Assembly (NCBI GenBank): GCA_021809645.1 | Contig: JAJZKE010000001.1 | Span: 47,245 to 111,244, forward strand | DNA length: 64,000 nt | Source: a bacterium | GTDB taxonomy: Bacteria; Patescibacteriota; Saccharimonadia; Saccharimonadales; UBA4665 | Direction of reading: 5' to 3' | Shown: in pieces, positions 20,201-29,246 of the stretch | Numbering within the stretch: the stretch's first letter is position 1 | Layout: every line of letters begins with the position of its first letter | Translations under genes and position numbers: made by a program | Notes under the pieces: model-generated | Database searches by the model: none | The model's input: only the letters and a program-made list of their open reading frames with translations | Told to the model about the DNA's origin: nothing

Positions 20201-20853
20201 TAACTTATATCGCCTTGATCGACATGTTTAAAATCTTCTTGCATTTGGTTTTCGCTAACACCCAAAGCTCTCAATAGAGTGGTAACAGGTATTTTTCGTT
20301 TACGATCGATTTTGACGTAGATTGTACCGTTTGTTGCAGTCTCAAATTCTAACCACGCGCCTCTTCCAGGTATTACTTTAGCGCCATATAGCGAAGTTGT
20401 ACCATGTTGATCGGCAGTAAAAAATACACCAGCTGATCTAATCAATTGACTGACAACGACTCTTTCAGCGCCATTAATAACAAACGTGCCCCGGCTAGTC
20501 ATCCATGGATAATCCCCAAGGTATATTTCCTGCTCTTTAACTTCGCCAGTAACCTTATTAACTAATTCAACATTAGCTAATAGAGGGGCGTCATAACTAA
20601 CGTTATTTTCTCGGGCTTCTTTTTCTGTTAATTTTGGTTTGTCGAAATGATAATCTTTAAAACTTAAGGTTAGTTTTGCGCCAGTATAGTCTTCGATTGG
20701 ACTAATTTCATCTAATAATTCGCCTAAGCCTTCTTCGATAAACCATTTGAATGATTTATTTTGATGATCAACTAATGATGGTAGATTCAGGTTGTCGTCT
20801 TGATTACTAAAACTAATTCTTTGAGTTTTTGATTGTGATGGGCTCTTGGCCAT
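17290..20853 (-). CDS. rpoB: DNA-directed RNA polymerase subunit beta
   Basis: 1187 aa with rif-region-like [23 protein letters not shown] and [13 protein letters not shown]. It carries an acidic C-terminal tail. Confidence 0.98.
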   Translation of the reverse strand: [1187 protein letters not shown]

Positions 20854-21088
20854 AATATTAATAAACCTCCTTAATTACTAAAAGGACTTTAAAATACTAA
20901 TTAAAATCTGCTTGTAGCACGTTTTATCGATAAAATTATTAATGATAAATTATTACTTTTTATATATGTTTTTAGAGTTTACTAATGAAGACCACTAAGC
21001 CAAACCACCTAGATGCAAAATATACATGCAAAAATAGCAGACTTACACTACTTCTTAATAATTAGTTTGAATAATAGCTAAACTAATG

Positions 21089-22555
21089 TCAAGTACTTTT
21101 TATCTTATTTTTATTTTTAAATCTAAATGCCGATAATATTGCGGCTAATACCATAAAAATCATTGATGCGTAAAATGCTGAATGGAGACCGTTGGTGAAA
21201 GCTACGGCTAACGACTTTTCTAGATTGGTAGTTCCAACAAATATTGCAAAAGCTAAATGCTTAGAAATTGATCTAGAGGCAATTAATATGGCTACCGAAA
21301 AAGAGAATACCATACCAATATTTGAGAAGGTTCGTAACATCCCTGATGATATACCAAACATTTCTTTTGGTGATGCCTTCATTATCGCTGAGCTATTGGC
21401 TGGGAAAAATGAACTAGCACCGATACCATTAATAATGCTAGCAACTACTACCAACCAAAGCCCGGTCGTTGTTCCTAAGTGTGCATAAATAAACAAAGCT
21501 ATTACTTGAATAGCAAGTCCGATGGTTGCTGGTATTACCGGACCAATTTTATCAGCAATGCGGCCGGCGAATGGTCCAATAGCTGAGCCGACGATGTATC
21601 CTGGAATTAAAAGTAATGAGGCATGGATTGGCGATAATCCTCTGGCTCCCTGGAGGTACATAATGACTAAAAATAAAACTGCAAAGTTAGCCAAACCCTG
21701 AAACATTGCGGCTAATAATGTCGGTGTCATTGATTGAATTTTAAATAATGAAAGTTTTAACATTGGCTCTTCTTTTTTAGATTCAATCAATACGAATGTC
21801 GCTAATAATACTAGTCCACCTATTAAATAACCATATATCGAGGCGTTAAATGAGCTAGTAGCTAGTTTGGTCATTGCCCATAATATGCCAAATAGTCCTA
21901 AGCCAAGAGTAATCATCCCCTCGAAATCTGTTTTGTGCTTTTCTCTTTGATTGGTCTCTCTTAATACTCTTGTGGCTAAAAGTAAAGCGACTATGCCGAT
22001 CGGAACATTGATCCAAAATATCCATCGCCATGATGCGTAAGTAACAATTAGTCCACCGATAATAATTCCCATAACTGCACCTAAGCTCCAGCCGATAGAA
22101 TTATAGCCGTAAGCTTTACCTCGGTGATGTGGCGGATAAAGACCGGCTATTACTGCTCCGCTATTAGCGGTAACGAATGCACCACCAATACCTTGGATTA
22201 TCCTAAACAATATAATAGACGCTTAATTCCATGATAAAGCACAGGCCAATGAGCCTAAGACAAATACTAAAAAACCAGCTTCGTACATTCTTACCCGGCC
22301 GTACATATCACCTAATCTACCAACTTGTGTAGCCAATAAAGTTATTACTAACAAATAGCCAATGACAACCCATATAACAGATGCTAGGCTAACTCTAAGC
22401 CCTTTTTCTATTTCTGGTAGAGCCAAAACAACTATTGTAGTATCAATAGCTGTTATTAAAACACCGGTTATAACAACTATCATTGCTAGGCCACGGTGGC
22501 TAGCAATTTGACTATGATAATTAGCAAATTCGTCTTCGGTTTTCGACTTGGTCAC
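21089..22555 (-). pseudogene. MFS transporter (DHA2/EmrB-like) interrupted by one in-frame TAA
   Basis: ORFs 22223..22555 (TM1-3) and 21089..22210 are in the same frame. They read ...SLACALSWN-TAA-ASIILFRIIQGIGGAF..., a continuous MFS sequence across the stop at 22225..22223. Confidence 0.75.
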
Positions 22556-22600
22556 AATACATCTGAATATACCACCAGTATGGCGTTATATCTAGTCGAT

Positions 22601-23194
22601 CTATTTACTCGGCTTAATAATTGTATCAACTATACCGTATTGTTTTGCTTCAGTTGCACTAAGCCACTTGTCTCTCTCCATGTCTAAGTGTATTTTTTCT
22701 AGTTTTTGGCCGGTATTATGAGCCATGATTTCTTCGAGTAATTTTTTAATTCTAAGTGATTCTTTTAAGTCTATTTCTTGATCTGTTACTTTACCTCGAG
22801 TTCCTGAAGATGGCTGATGAATCATAACTGTAGAATTTGGCAGTAAATGTCTTTTTCCCTTAGTGCCAGAACTTAACAAGAATGCTGCAGCTGAAGCTTG
22901 AACACCTATACCAACAGTTTCAATATCATTACTTAAATATTTCATCGTGTCATATATCGCTAAAGCGTCATAAACACTACCGCCTGGGCTGTTAATGTAG
23001 AACTTTATATCTTTCTTGGGATCTTCAGCGTTTAAAAAAAGTAACTGGGCAACAACAATATTGGCCGTTGCTTCGTTGACGTCCTGATTAAGAAAAATAA
23101 TTCGGTCCTTTAAAAGACGAGAATATATATCATAGGCTCGTTCGTAACGGCCTTCACTTTCAATAACGGTTGGTACTAATACTTGCGAATTCAT
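22601..23194 (-). CDS. clpP: ATP-dependent Clp protease proteolytic subunit
   Basis: [15 protein letters not shown] and INSPGGSV, with catalytic Ser/His contexts ([16 protein letters not shown]). Confidence 0.96.
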   Translation of the reverse strand: MNSQVLVPTVIESEGRYERAYDIYSRLLKDRIIFLNQDVNEATANIVVAQLLFLNAEDPKKDIKFYINSPGGSVYDALAIYDTMKYLSNDIETVGIGVQASAAAFLLSSGTKGKRHLLPNSTVMIHQPSSGTRGKVTDQEIDLKESLRIKKLLEEIMAHNTGQKLEKIHLDMERDKWLSATEAKQYGIVDTIIKPSK

Positions 23195-23226
23195 ATTTTA
23201 AAAACTGTAAGTTATATAGTACATAA

Positions 23227-23253
23227 TTAGCACTCGCTAGTCAAGAGTGCTAA
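23227..23253. promoter_or_regulatory. CIRCE operator (HrcA box) upstream of clpP
   Basis: TTAGCACTC-gctagtcaa-GAGTGCTAA is an exact match to the TTAGCACTC-N9-GAGTGCTAA consensus. It lies 33 nt upstream of the clpP ATG and overlaps the tig stop codon. On the minus strand, TTGACT (23244..23239) in the N9 spacer, 17 nt, then TACTAT (23221..23216) form a promoter-like pair. Confidence 0.85.
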
Positions 23254-24539
23254 GTAGATTTAACTTGGTTTTGTTGGAGGTAATCTAAGACTTTCTCAGT
23301 TAAAAGTCGCATGGCAAGTTCTTGACGATTATTAGGGTCATTAAGCTCTTGTTGCATTTGCGGATCAGTGTATTGTTTTTTTAGATTGTCGATCGAATTA
23401 TCGAGTTCTTCGATAGTAATATTAATGCCTTCTAGACTGGCAATTTCACCAATAGCTAAACCGCCTTTAACTCGAATAATTCCGGCTTTTTTGGCATCTT
23501 TTTGAAACTCTGTTTCTGTCTTATTTATACTTTTTAAGTACTCGTCCCATGTTTGTCCATTGTGAAGAGCAGTCTGTTTAGTATTCGAAATTATATGAGT
23601 TACTTCAGGTTCAATAATCTCGTCACTTAATTCAACTTCTGTTTTTTCTGCTAGTTTATTAAGTAGCTGATTTTCGTAATCTATAGTTGCTTGTCTTTCT
23701 AGCTCAATCTTGAGTTGTTTTTTGATTTCGTTTTGAAGTTGCTCTATTGACTCAAACGGTCCCATGGATTTTGCAAATTCTTGATCTAATTTAGGTAAAT
23801 TGACCTCATTAACTTCGACAACTGTTACTTTAAAATTAACTTTTTTGCTAGCAAATGATTTTTCTTGATAATCTTTAGGAAATGTTAATGTAAAAGTCTT
23901 TGATTCGTTATTTTTTAAGCCAACAATTTTATCTTCAAAACCTGGAATCATTGTCTTTTCACCTAAAAGCAAACGATAATTTTTAGCTGAAGCTTGATCA
24001 ATTTTTTTCTTAGAAGTAAAGTCATGTCCGGTAAAGTCAATAACTACCATATCGCCATTCTTGGCTGCTCTTTTAACTGGCTTGAATGTTGCAGATCGGA
24101 GCCGTAATTCCTTAATGTTACGGTCGATTAGTTCTTGATTGACTTCTGTTTTTTGAATTTTTACACCTAGGTTTTTGTAGTCAGGAAGTTTTATGTTTTT
24201 TATTATTGGAGCGGTTACTTTAAATTCTAATGTTGTGAAGGGGACAAACTTAACAATATCGATCTTAGGATCGCCGATAACTCTTAATTTTAGTTCTTGG
24301 AGGCTTAAGTTATATAGATCGTTAACGGCATGATTTAAAAATTCATCATCAACTGCTTTAGGATCAGCATACTTGATAACCATTTCTTCCGGAGCTTTAC
24401 CTTGCCTAAAACCTGGTACTTTTACTCTGTCGGCGAGATGATTAGCTGTTAATTTACGAAACTTTTGCATATCATCCTTGTCGGCAACGATTGTATATTG
24501 AGCTCTTGTATTAATAATGTTTTGTTCTAATATCTTCAT
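23250..24539 (-). CDS. tig: Trigger factor
   Basis: VPGFRQGKAP ribosome-binding signature and an FKBP-like middle domain. The tig-clpP arrangement is classic. Confidence 0.93.
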   Translation of the reverse strand: MKILEQNIINTRAQYTIVADKDDMQKFRKLTANHLADRVKVPGFRQGKAPEEMVIKYADPKAVDDEFLNHAVNDLYNLSLQELKLRVIGDPKIDIVKFVPFTTLEFKVTAPIIKNIKLPDYKNLGVKIQKTEVNQELIDRNIKELRLRSATFKPVKRAAKNGDMVVIDFTGHDFTSKKKIDQASAKNYRLLLGEKTMIPGFEDKIVGLKNNESKTFTLTFPKDYQEKSFASKKVNFKVTVVEVNEVNLPKLDQEFAKSMGPFESIEQLQNEIKKQLKIELERQATIDYENQLLNKLAEKTEVELSDEIIEPEVTHIISNTKQTALHNGQTWDEYLKSINKTETEFQKDAKKAGIIRVKGGLAIGEIASLEGINITIEELDNSIDNLKKQYTDPQMQQELNDPNNRQELAMRLLTEKVLDYLQQNQVKST

Positions 24540-24575
24540 AGCTAGTTACTTTAACACATATTAATAAATATACCT

Positions 24576-25019
24576 TTAACGGTTTATAAAAAACGATATA
24601 CAAAAAGTGAATGCCAATAACCAAACTATCTCGACGACTATGCCAATTGGCTTTTCGAACCATTGTATTTTTGAAGCAAAACGACTATATAGCCCTGCCT
24701 TCCAAGGTTTATTACGTTTTTCTTTAAGATAGTGGTTGATGCTTAAAAAATCTGGCGAAGCTGCAATAAATGCGCAAGCTATAGCCAGCTGCCAATTTAA
24801 TGGTCGATTTATTATTAAAAAGATAACTAATATAAAGCAAAGTAAAGCATCGATTATTAAGAAAATATCAAACTCTAAACTGTCAATCTTTTCTTTACTA
24901 AAATGAGGTATAACATCTAAAAGATAATGTGAAAAAAAAGCTACAGGAATAGCAATTAGAGGGTTAACAACAGATAGTCCAATTAGGGCTCCTGTTAATG
25001 AATGATTTATGGCTCGCAT
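24576..25019 (-). CDS. Small polytopic membrane protein, possibly a YdjM/DUF457-like metal-dependent hydrolase
   Basis: The start was moved to MRAINHSL (ATG 25019..25017) because the tracked N-terminus overlaps the tRNA gene. It has four or five hydrophobic segments and an SHYLLDVIPH motif. The family assignment is tentative. Confidence 0.45.
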   Translation of the reverse strand: MRAINHSLTGALIGLSVVNPLIAIPVAFFSHYLLDVIPHFSKEKIDSLEFDIFLIIDALLCFILVIFLIINRPLNWQLAIACAFIAASPDFLSINHYLKEKRNKPWKAGLYSRFASKIQWFEKPIGIVVEIVWLLAFTFCISFFINR

Positions 25020-25027
25020 ATTTAAAT

Positions 25028-25112
25028 TGGTGCGCGAGAGAGGATTTGAACCTCCACGCCTATATGGCACATGCTCCTAAGGCATGCGTGTCTACCGTTC
25101 CACCACTCGCGC
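25028..25112 (-). tRNA. tRNA-Leu (anticodon UAG), class II long variable arm, CCA encoded
   Basis: Hand-folded structure: acceptor GCGCGAG/CTCGCGC, anticodon stem CATGC/GCATG with loop CTTAGGA, T-arm GGAGG-TTCAAAT-CCTCT, discriminator A plus CCA. Confidence 0.9.
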
Positions 25113-25138
25113 ATAACTCCTTATCATATTAAACATAT

Positions 25139-25975
25139 CTAATTTTTAAACAAGCTTAAAGATTTTTTATTTATTTGCATCGCTTCAGCGTATGCTGAGT
25201 ACCAGACAGCAGTTACCGAATTAATCAAGATTGGCGCTAGTTCTTTTCTTGCTTGATTACTGAGTTTTAATGTCCAGCCTGTTTTATAGAATCGATTATA
25301 AATATTCATCTTGTCAACATGTTGAGCCATATTTCTAAACCAGGTGTCTAGTTTTTGTTTTGTCAAAGAGCTTATATATGTTGTTGGATCTAAATTATAA
25401 AAACCAAGCGGAGCTATAAGTGTTGCAAAACCGATTTCGAAAGCGGCATGAGTAGTAAATAAACCTTTAGGTCCCCACATTTTCCAGTTATTTTTAAGAG
25501 CATTCATGCTAGTTTCACCGGGCATAATTAGTTTCTTTTTGATAGTTGAGCGCGTGTCCTTGCCTTCTCCTTGTCTTAATTCTGCAAGTAATTGTTCATA
25601 AGGATAATGATGAGCAGGAGTTAAACCGTCGACGATAGCATGTGCTAGCCAAGCTGCTTCAAATGCTGATCGCTCGTTATTATATTTTTTTAGTGCTTTA
25701 ACTAATTCTTGGTAGTGATAATCAATTAAATCGATTAGCTTATTGTCTTTTTTATCAAAAGGTCTTATAAAATGCCATTCTTCGTTAGGTCCTGGATTTT
25801 TCCTTTTCATGCTATCGGGACCTCTGTCTCCTTCAAACAATAATATTTGGCTTATATCGGGAAAACAGTTATCAGGCAACAATGTGTCAAGTTGTCTTCT
25901 GGCAATCTTATCGATTTTTTGATGTGCACCAATAAGATTACCTGATATTTTTGTAATAGTTGAACCTGAATACAT
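25139..25975 (-). CDS. Putative zinc-dependent phospholipase C / P1-nuclease-fold protein
   Basis: The His/Asp pattern (GAHQKI..., WHFIRP, AAWLAHAIVDGLTPAHH, THAAFE) parallels the Zn ligand blocks of bacterial PLC. The alignment was done by eye only. Confidence 0.45.
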   Translation of the reverse strand: MYSGSTITKISGNLIGAHQKIDKIARRQLDTLLPDNCFPDISQILLFEGDRGPDSMKRKNPGPNEEWHFIRPFDKKDNKLIDLIDYHYQELVKALKKYNNERSAFEAAWLAHAIVDGLTPAHHYPYEQLLAELRQGEGKDTRSTIKKKLIMPGETSMNALKNNWKMWGPKGLFTTHAAFEIGFATLIAPLGFYNLDPTTYISSLTKQKLDTWFRNMAQHVDKMNIYNRFYKTGWTLKLSNQARKELAPILINSVTAVWYSAYAEAMQINKKSLSLFKN

Positions 25976-25978
25976 AAA

Positions 25979-28003
25979 TTAGTTTAGATTTGTCACCTTT
26001 TGTAAAATTGATACTTCTTTAGCTAACTGCTTGTATTTAGTTAGACTTATATTATTATTGACGAAATATAGAGCTGCTTCTCTAGCTTGATTTATTAGTT
26101 TAGCGTCATCTAATCCAGCTATTCTTAAATCTAATAAACCATGTTGAATTTTACCATAAATTGCACCTGGTCCTCTAATCTTTAAATCAAGTTCTGCTAG
26201 TTTAAAGCCGTCATTACTTGATTCTATAGCTCTTAATCTGTCACTTGGAGTTTTATTATCAGCATATACTAATAAGGCTTTACCAGGATATTCTCCTCTG
26301 CCAACTCTTCCTCTTAATTGATGCAATTGAGCTAGCCCGAAATTATCAGCATCGAAGATAATTATTGTGGTAGCATTCGGAACATCTATTCCGACTTCTA
26401 TCACCGTTGTAGCTACCAGAATATCTAGTCTATGTTCAATAAAATCGTCCATTATTTTGTTTTTTTCTTCAGCTTTTAATTTTCCGTGAATTATACCAAC
26501 TTTAAATTCTGAGAATCTGTTATTGGCCCATTTAAATATTTCGTTAACTGAGTAGATAGGGTGACTATCAATGCTTGGACTAACTATGAAGGCTTGTCGG
26601 CCCTCCTTAAGCTCTTTAGTGATAGCTTCTATATGTCTTTCGAGTTGAGATTCTGAAAGCAATGTTGTTTTGATAGGTCGTCGATCAATAGGTTTTTCAA
26701 TTAATCGTGATATGTTAAGTTCGCCGAATAAAGTCAAAGCCAAACTCCGCGGTATCGGTGTGGCACTTAAAGATAACAGATGAGGTTGGGTATTAGCTTT
26801 TAATTTTAAAGCCTGTCTTTGTTTAACACCAAAGCGATGCTGTTCATCAATAATTACTAACGCTAGGTTAGGAGCTTTAACTTTTTCTTGAATCAAAGCA
26901 TGAGTACCGATGATAAACATTAATTTGTTGGTTTGTATTTTTTTTCTAATTTCGTCTTTTTGAGAAGCTGTCATCGCGCCTATTAGAAGTCCTACTTTGT
27001 CATCAAGGCCAATACTTTTAAACATTAAATTGACAGTTGAGGCATGTTGTCTAGCTAATAATTCAGTGGGAGCCATAAAGGCTACTTGTTGGCCGCTATT
27101 AATTACCATCAAGGCGGCCATTGCCGCAACGGCAGTTTTACCAGAGCCAACATCTCCTTCTACTAATCTATTCATAGGTTTTTGTTTTGTCATATCCTTA
27201 TATATCTGCCAAATAGCTTTGCGTTGGTCGTCTGTTAATTTAAATGGTAATTTTTGAACGAATAGTCGGGCGAGTTGTTCATCAAAATTAATCGAGATGG
27301 CGTTACTTTTCTGATATTCTTTCTTATTTAATTCACTGGCTAAGATCATCATAAAAAGCTCTTCAAAGCCTAAACGTCTTTTAGCTTCTTTCAAATCTTC
27401 TAAAGTTAAAGGAAAGTGTATGTCTTTTAAAGCCTGAGCTCGGCTTATAAGTTTGTATCTGTTAATTATTTCTTGAGGTATAGTTTCGGGAATGTTATTG
27501 ATGATGCTGGTTATTTTTTTTAAGGTTCTTCTTATATCCGATGAGCTAATGCCTTTAGTAACCGAATACCTTGGAACTATACGAGCAGTATTGACGGGAA
27601 AGTCAGATACAGCTTCAACGACAGGGTTAAAGATAGCAAACCTTCTATACCTTAGTTCATATTTACCAGTTAAGAAATATTCATGATCTTGTTTAAAACT
27701 TGTTAAACGATAGGGTTGATTGAACCAGGTTACTCGAGTACTACCACTGTCATCGCTAACTATAGCATCAGTAATATGCAGTCCTTTTCGAGCATAGTGG
27801 CCGGTAGTTGATTTAACTTTAACAGCTACAGTTACTTGTCCAGGCTTAATTGATTTTATCTTTTCTATCTTTGAAAAGTCATCATATCGTCGTGGGTAAT
27901 AGTTAATTAAATCGTTAATTGTCCTAAGCCCAAGATAATTCAATTTGGTAGTTATTTGTTCACCGACACCATTAATCAAGTGCAGTTCGCTATTAACGTC
28001 CAT
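25979..28003 (-). CDS. recG: ATP-dependent DNA helicase RecG
   Basis: Wedge/OB N-terminus, LTDDQRKAI, GDVGSGKT, DEQHRFG and QLRGRVGRG motifs. Confidence 0.93.
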   Translation of the reverse strand: MDVNSELHLINGVGEQITTKLNYLGLRTINDLINYYPRRYDDFSKIEKIKSIKPGQVTVAVKVKSTTGHYARKGLHITDAIVSDDSGSTRVTWFNQPYRLTSFKQDHEYFLTGKYELRYRRFAIFNPVVEAVSDFPVNTARIVPRYSVTKGISSSDIRRTLKKITSIINNIPETIPQEIINRYKLISRAQALKDIHFPLTLEDLKEAKRRLGFEELFMMILASELNKKEYQKSNAISINFDEQLARLFVQKLPFKLTDDQRKAIWQIYKDMTKQKPMNRLVEGDVGSGKTAVAAMAALMVINSGQQVAFMAPTELLARQHASTVNLMFKSIGLDDKVGLLIGAMTASQKDEIRKKIQTNKLMFIIGTHALIQEKVKAPNLALVIIDEQHRFGVKQRQALKLKANTQPHLLSLSATPIPRSLALTLFGELNISRLIEKPIDRRPIKTTLLSESQLERHIEAITKELKEGRQAFIVSPSIDSHPIYSVNEIFKWANNRFSEFKVGIIHGKLKAEEKNKIMDDFIEHRLDILVATTVIEVGIDVPNATTIIIFDADNFGLAQLHQLRGRVGRGEYPGKALLVYADNKTPSDRLRAIESSNDGFKLAELDLKIRGPGAIYGKIQHGLLDLRIAGLDDAKLINQAREAALYFVNNNISLTKYKQLAKEVSILQKVTNLN

Positions 28004-28007
28004 AGTT

Positions 28008-29246
28008 TTAAATCTCTAACAAAGCTGAATCTTTAAAAGCTTTACCACGGCGTATTAACAATCGACCGTTTTTAAATAATTGTCTATTTAAGTTACTGTC
28101 GGTGTATTTTTGATTGTTGACGTATATACCTTGATTAGAAATTAATTTTCGAGCTTCACTTTTTGATTTAGCTAAACTACAAGCAACTAAAATCATCTCC
28201 AGATCCATATCTTGCTCTATCTTATATGACTTAATTTCTGACCTAATTGTTGATAGTTCTTCATCTGATGCTAGTGAAATATCTTGATCGCCAATTAGAT
28301 ATCCGGTTACCGATTCAGCTAGATTGGCTAGTTTCTGGCCGTGGACTAATTTTGTGACATTGATGGCTAATGCTTTTTGGGCTAATCGGTTTTTAGGTTT
28401 AGCATTATGCTTATTTTCAATCTCAAGGATATCTTCTTTAGTAAAAGAGGTGTATATCTTAAGAAAATCGATAACTGACTCATCTGAAGTATTAATCCAA
28501 AATTGATAAAAAGAAGTTGGTGATGTTTTTTTAGGATTTAGCCATACTGCACCAGCTTCAGTTTTACCGAACTTTTTGCCTGATGATTTATCAATTATTA
28601 GCGGCATAGTCCAGACATTAGCGCTTTTACCAGTAATCCGACGAATTAGATCGACGCCTGCCAAGGCATTGCCCCATTGGTCACTGCCTGCTATTTGCAA
28701 GGATACGCCTTTTTCAGTAAATAAAGTTAAGAAGTCATAACCTTGTATTAACGAGTAACTAAATTCAGCGAAAGATATACCATTACCGTTTAATCTAGTT
28801 TGGACAAATTCTCTGTTAACCATTTGTCTCATGGGAACATGTTTACCAACATTACGTAAGAAATCTAAAAATTTAATATCTTTAAACCAATCGTAATTAT
28901 CAACTATTGTGTAAGGGAGATCTTCAAATATTTGACGATATTGTTGAATAATAGCCTTTTTATTTTCTTCTATAGTTTTTAATGATAATAATTGTCGTTC
29001 TTCGGTTTTTCCGTCAGGATCACCGATTGAGCCTGTTGCTCCACCAATTAATATATATGCTTTATGACCAGCTTGGATAAAATGCTTGGCTAATATTAAT
29101 ACCGCTAAATTGCCGATGGTAATTGAATCCGAACTAGGATCAACGCCAATATAAAAACTGATCGGATCATGATCTATATCAGTTATATCTTTATAGGTTG
29201 TTTGTTCTAATAAACCTCGCCATTTTAATTCTTCAGATAATGTCAT
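28008..29246 (-). CDS. tyrS: Tyrosine--tRNA ligase
   Basis: L.WRGLLEQTT N-terminus, a class I HIGN-type region (SITIGNL), KFGKTE (KMSKS-like), and a C-terminal S4 domain. Confidence 0.95.
   Translation of the reverse strand: MTLSEELKWRGLLEQTTYKDITDIDHDPISFYIGVDPSSDSITIGNLAVLILAKHFIQAGHKAYILIGGATGSIGDPDGKTEERQLLSLKTIEENKKAIIQQYRQIFEDLPYTIVDNYDWFKDIKFLDFLRNVGKHVPMRQMVNREFVQTRLNGNGISFAEFSYSLIQGYDFLTLFTEKGVSLQIAGSDQWGNALAGVDLIRRITGKSANVWTMPLIIDKSSGKKFGKTEAGAVWLNPKKTSPTSFYQFWINTSDESVIDFLKIYTSFTKEDILEIENKHNAKPKNRLAQKALAINVTKLVHGQKLANLAESVTGYLIGDQDISLASDEELSTIRSEIKSYKIEQDMDLEMILVACSLAKSKSEARKLISNQGIYVNNQKYTDSNLNRQLFKNGRLLIRRGKAFKDSALLEI

Noticed and set aside
13435-20853. Plus-strand ORFs of 60-99 aa inside rpoC and rpoB (for example 14858..15040, 15305..15559, 16406..16606 and 17939..18238), with similar antisense ORFs inside fusA, tuf, clpC, recG, dnaE and uvrB
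   Set aside because: They are antisense shadows of highly conserved genes, with low-complexity Ser/Leu/Ile-rich translations and no start-site signals.
22223-22225. Reassignment of TAA to a sense codon as an explanation for the interrupted MFS gene
   Set aside because: TAA terminates many well-defined genes in this window (for example rplB, rpsL and gatA) at positions matching normal protein lengths. All large genes translate cleanly with the standard code.
25020-25070. First 17 codons of ORF 24576..25070 (MPYRRGGSNPLSRTNLN)
   Set aside because: They are the reverse-strand reading of the tRNA-Leu gene (25028..25112). The start was moved to the ATG at 25019.
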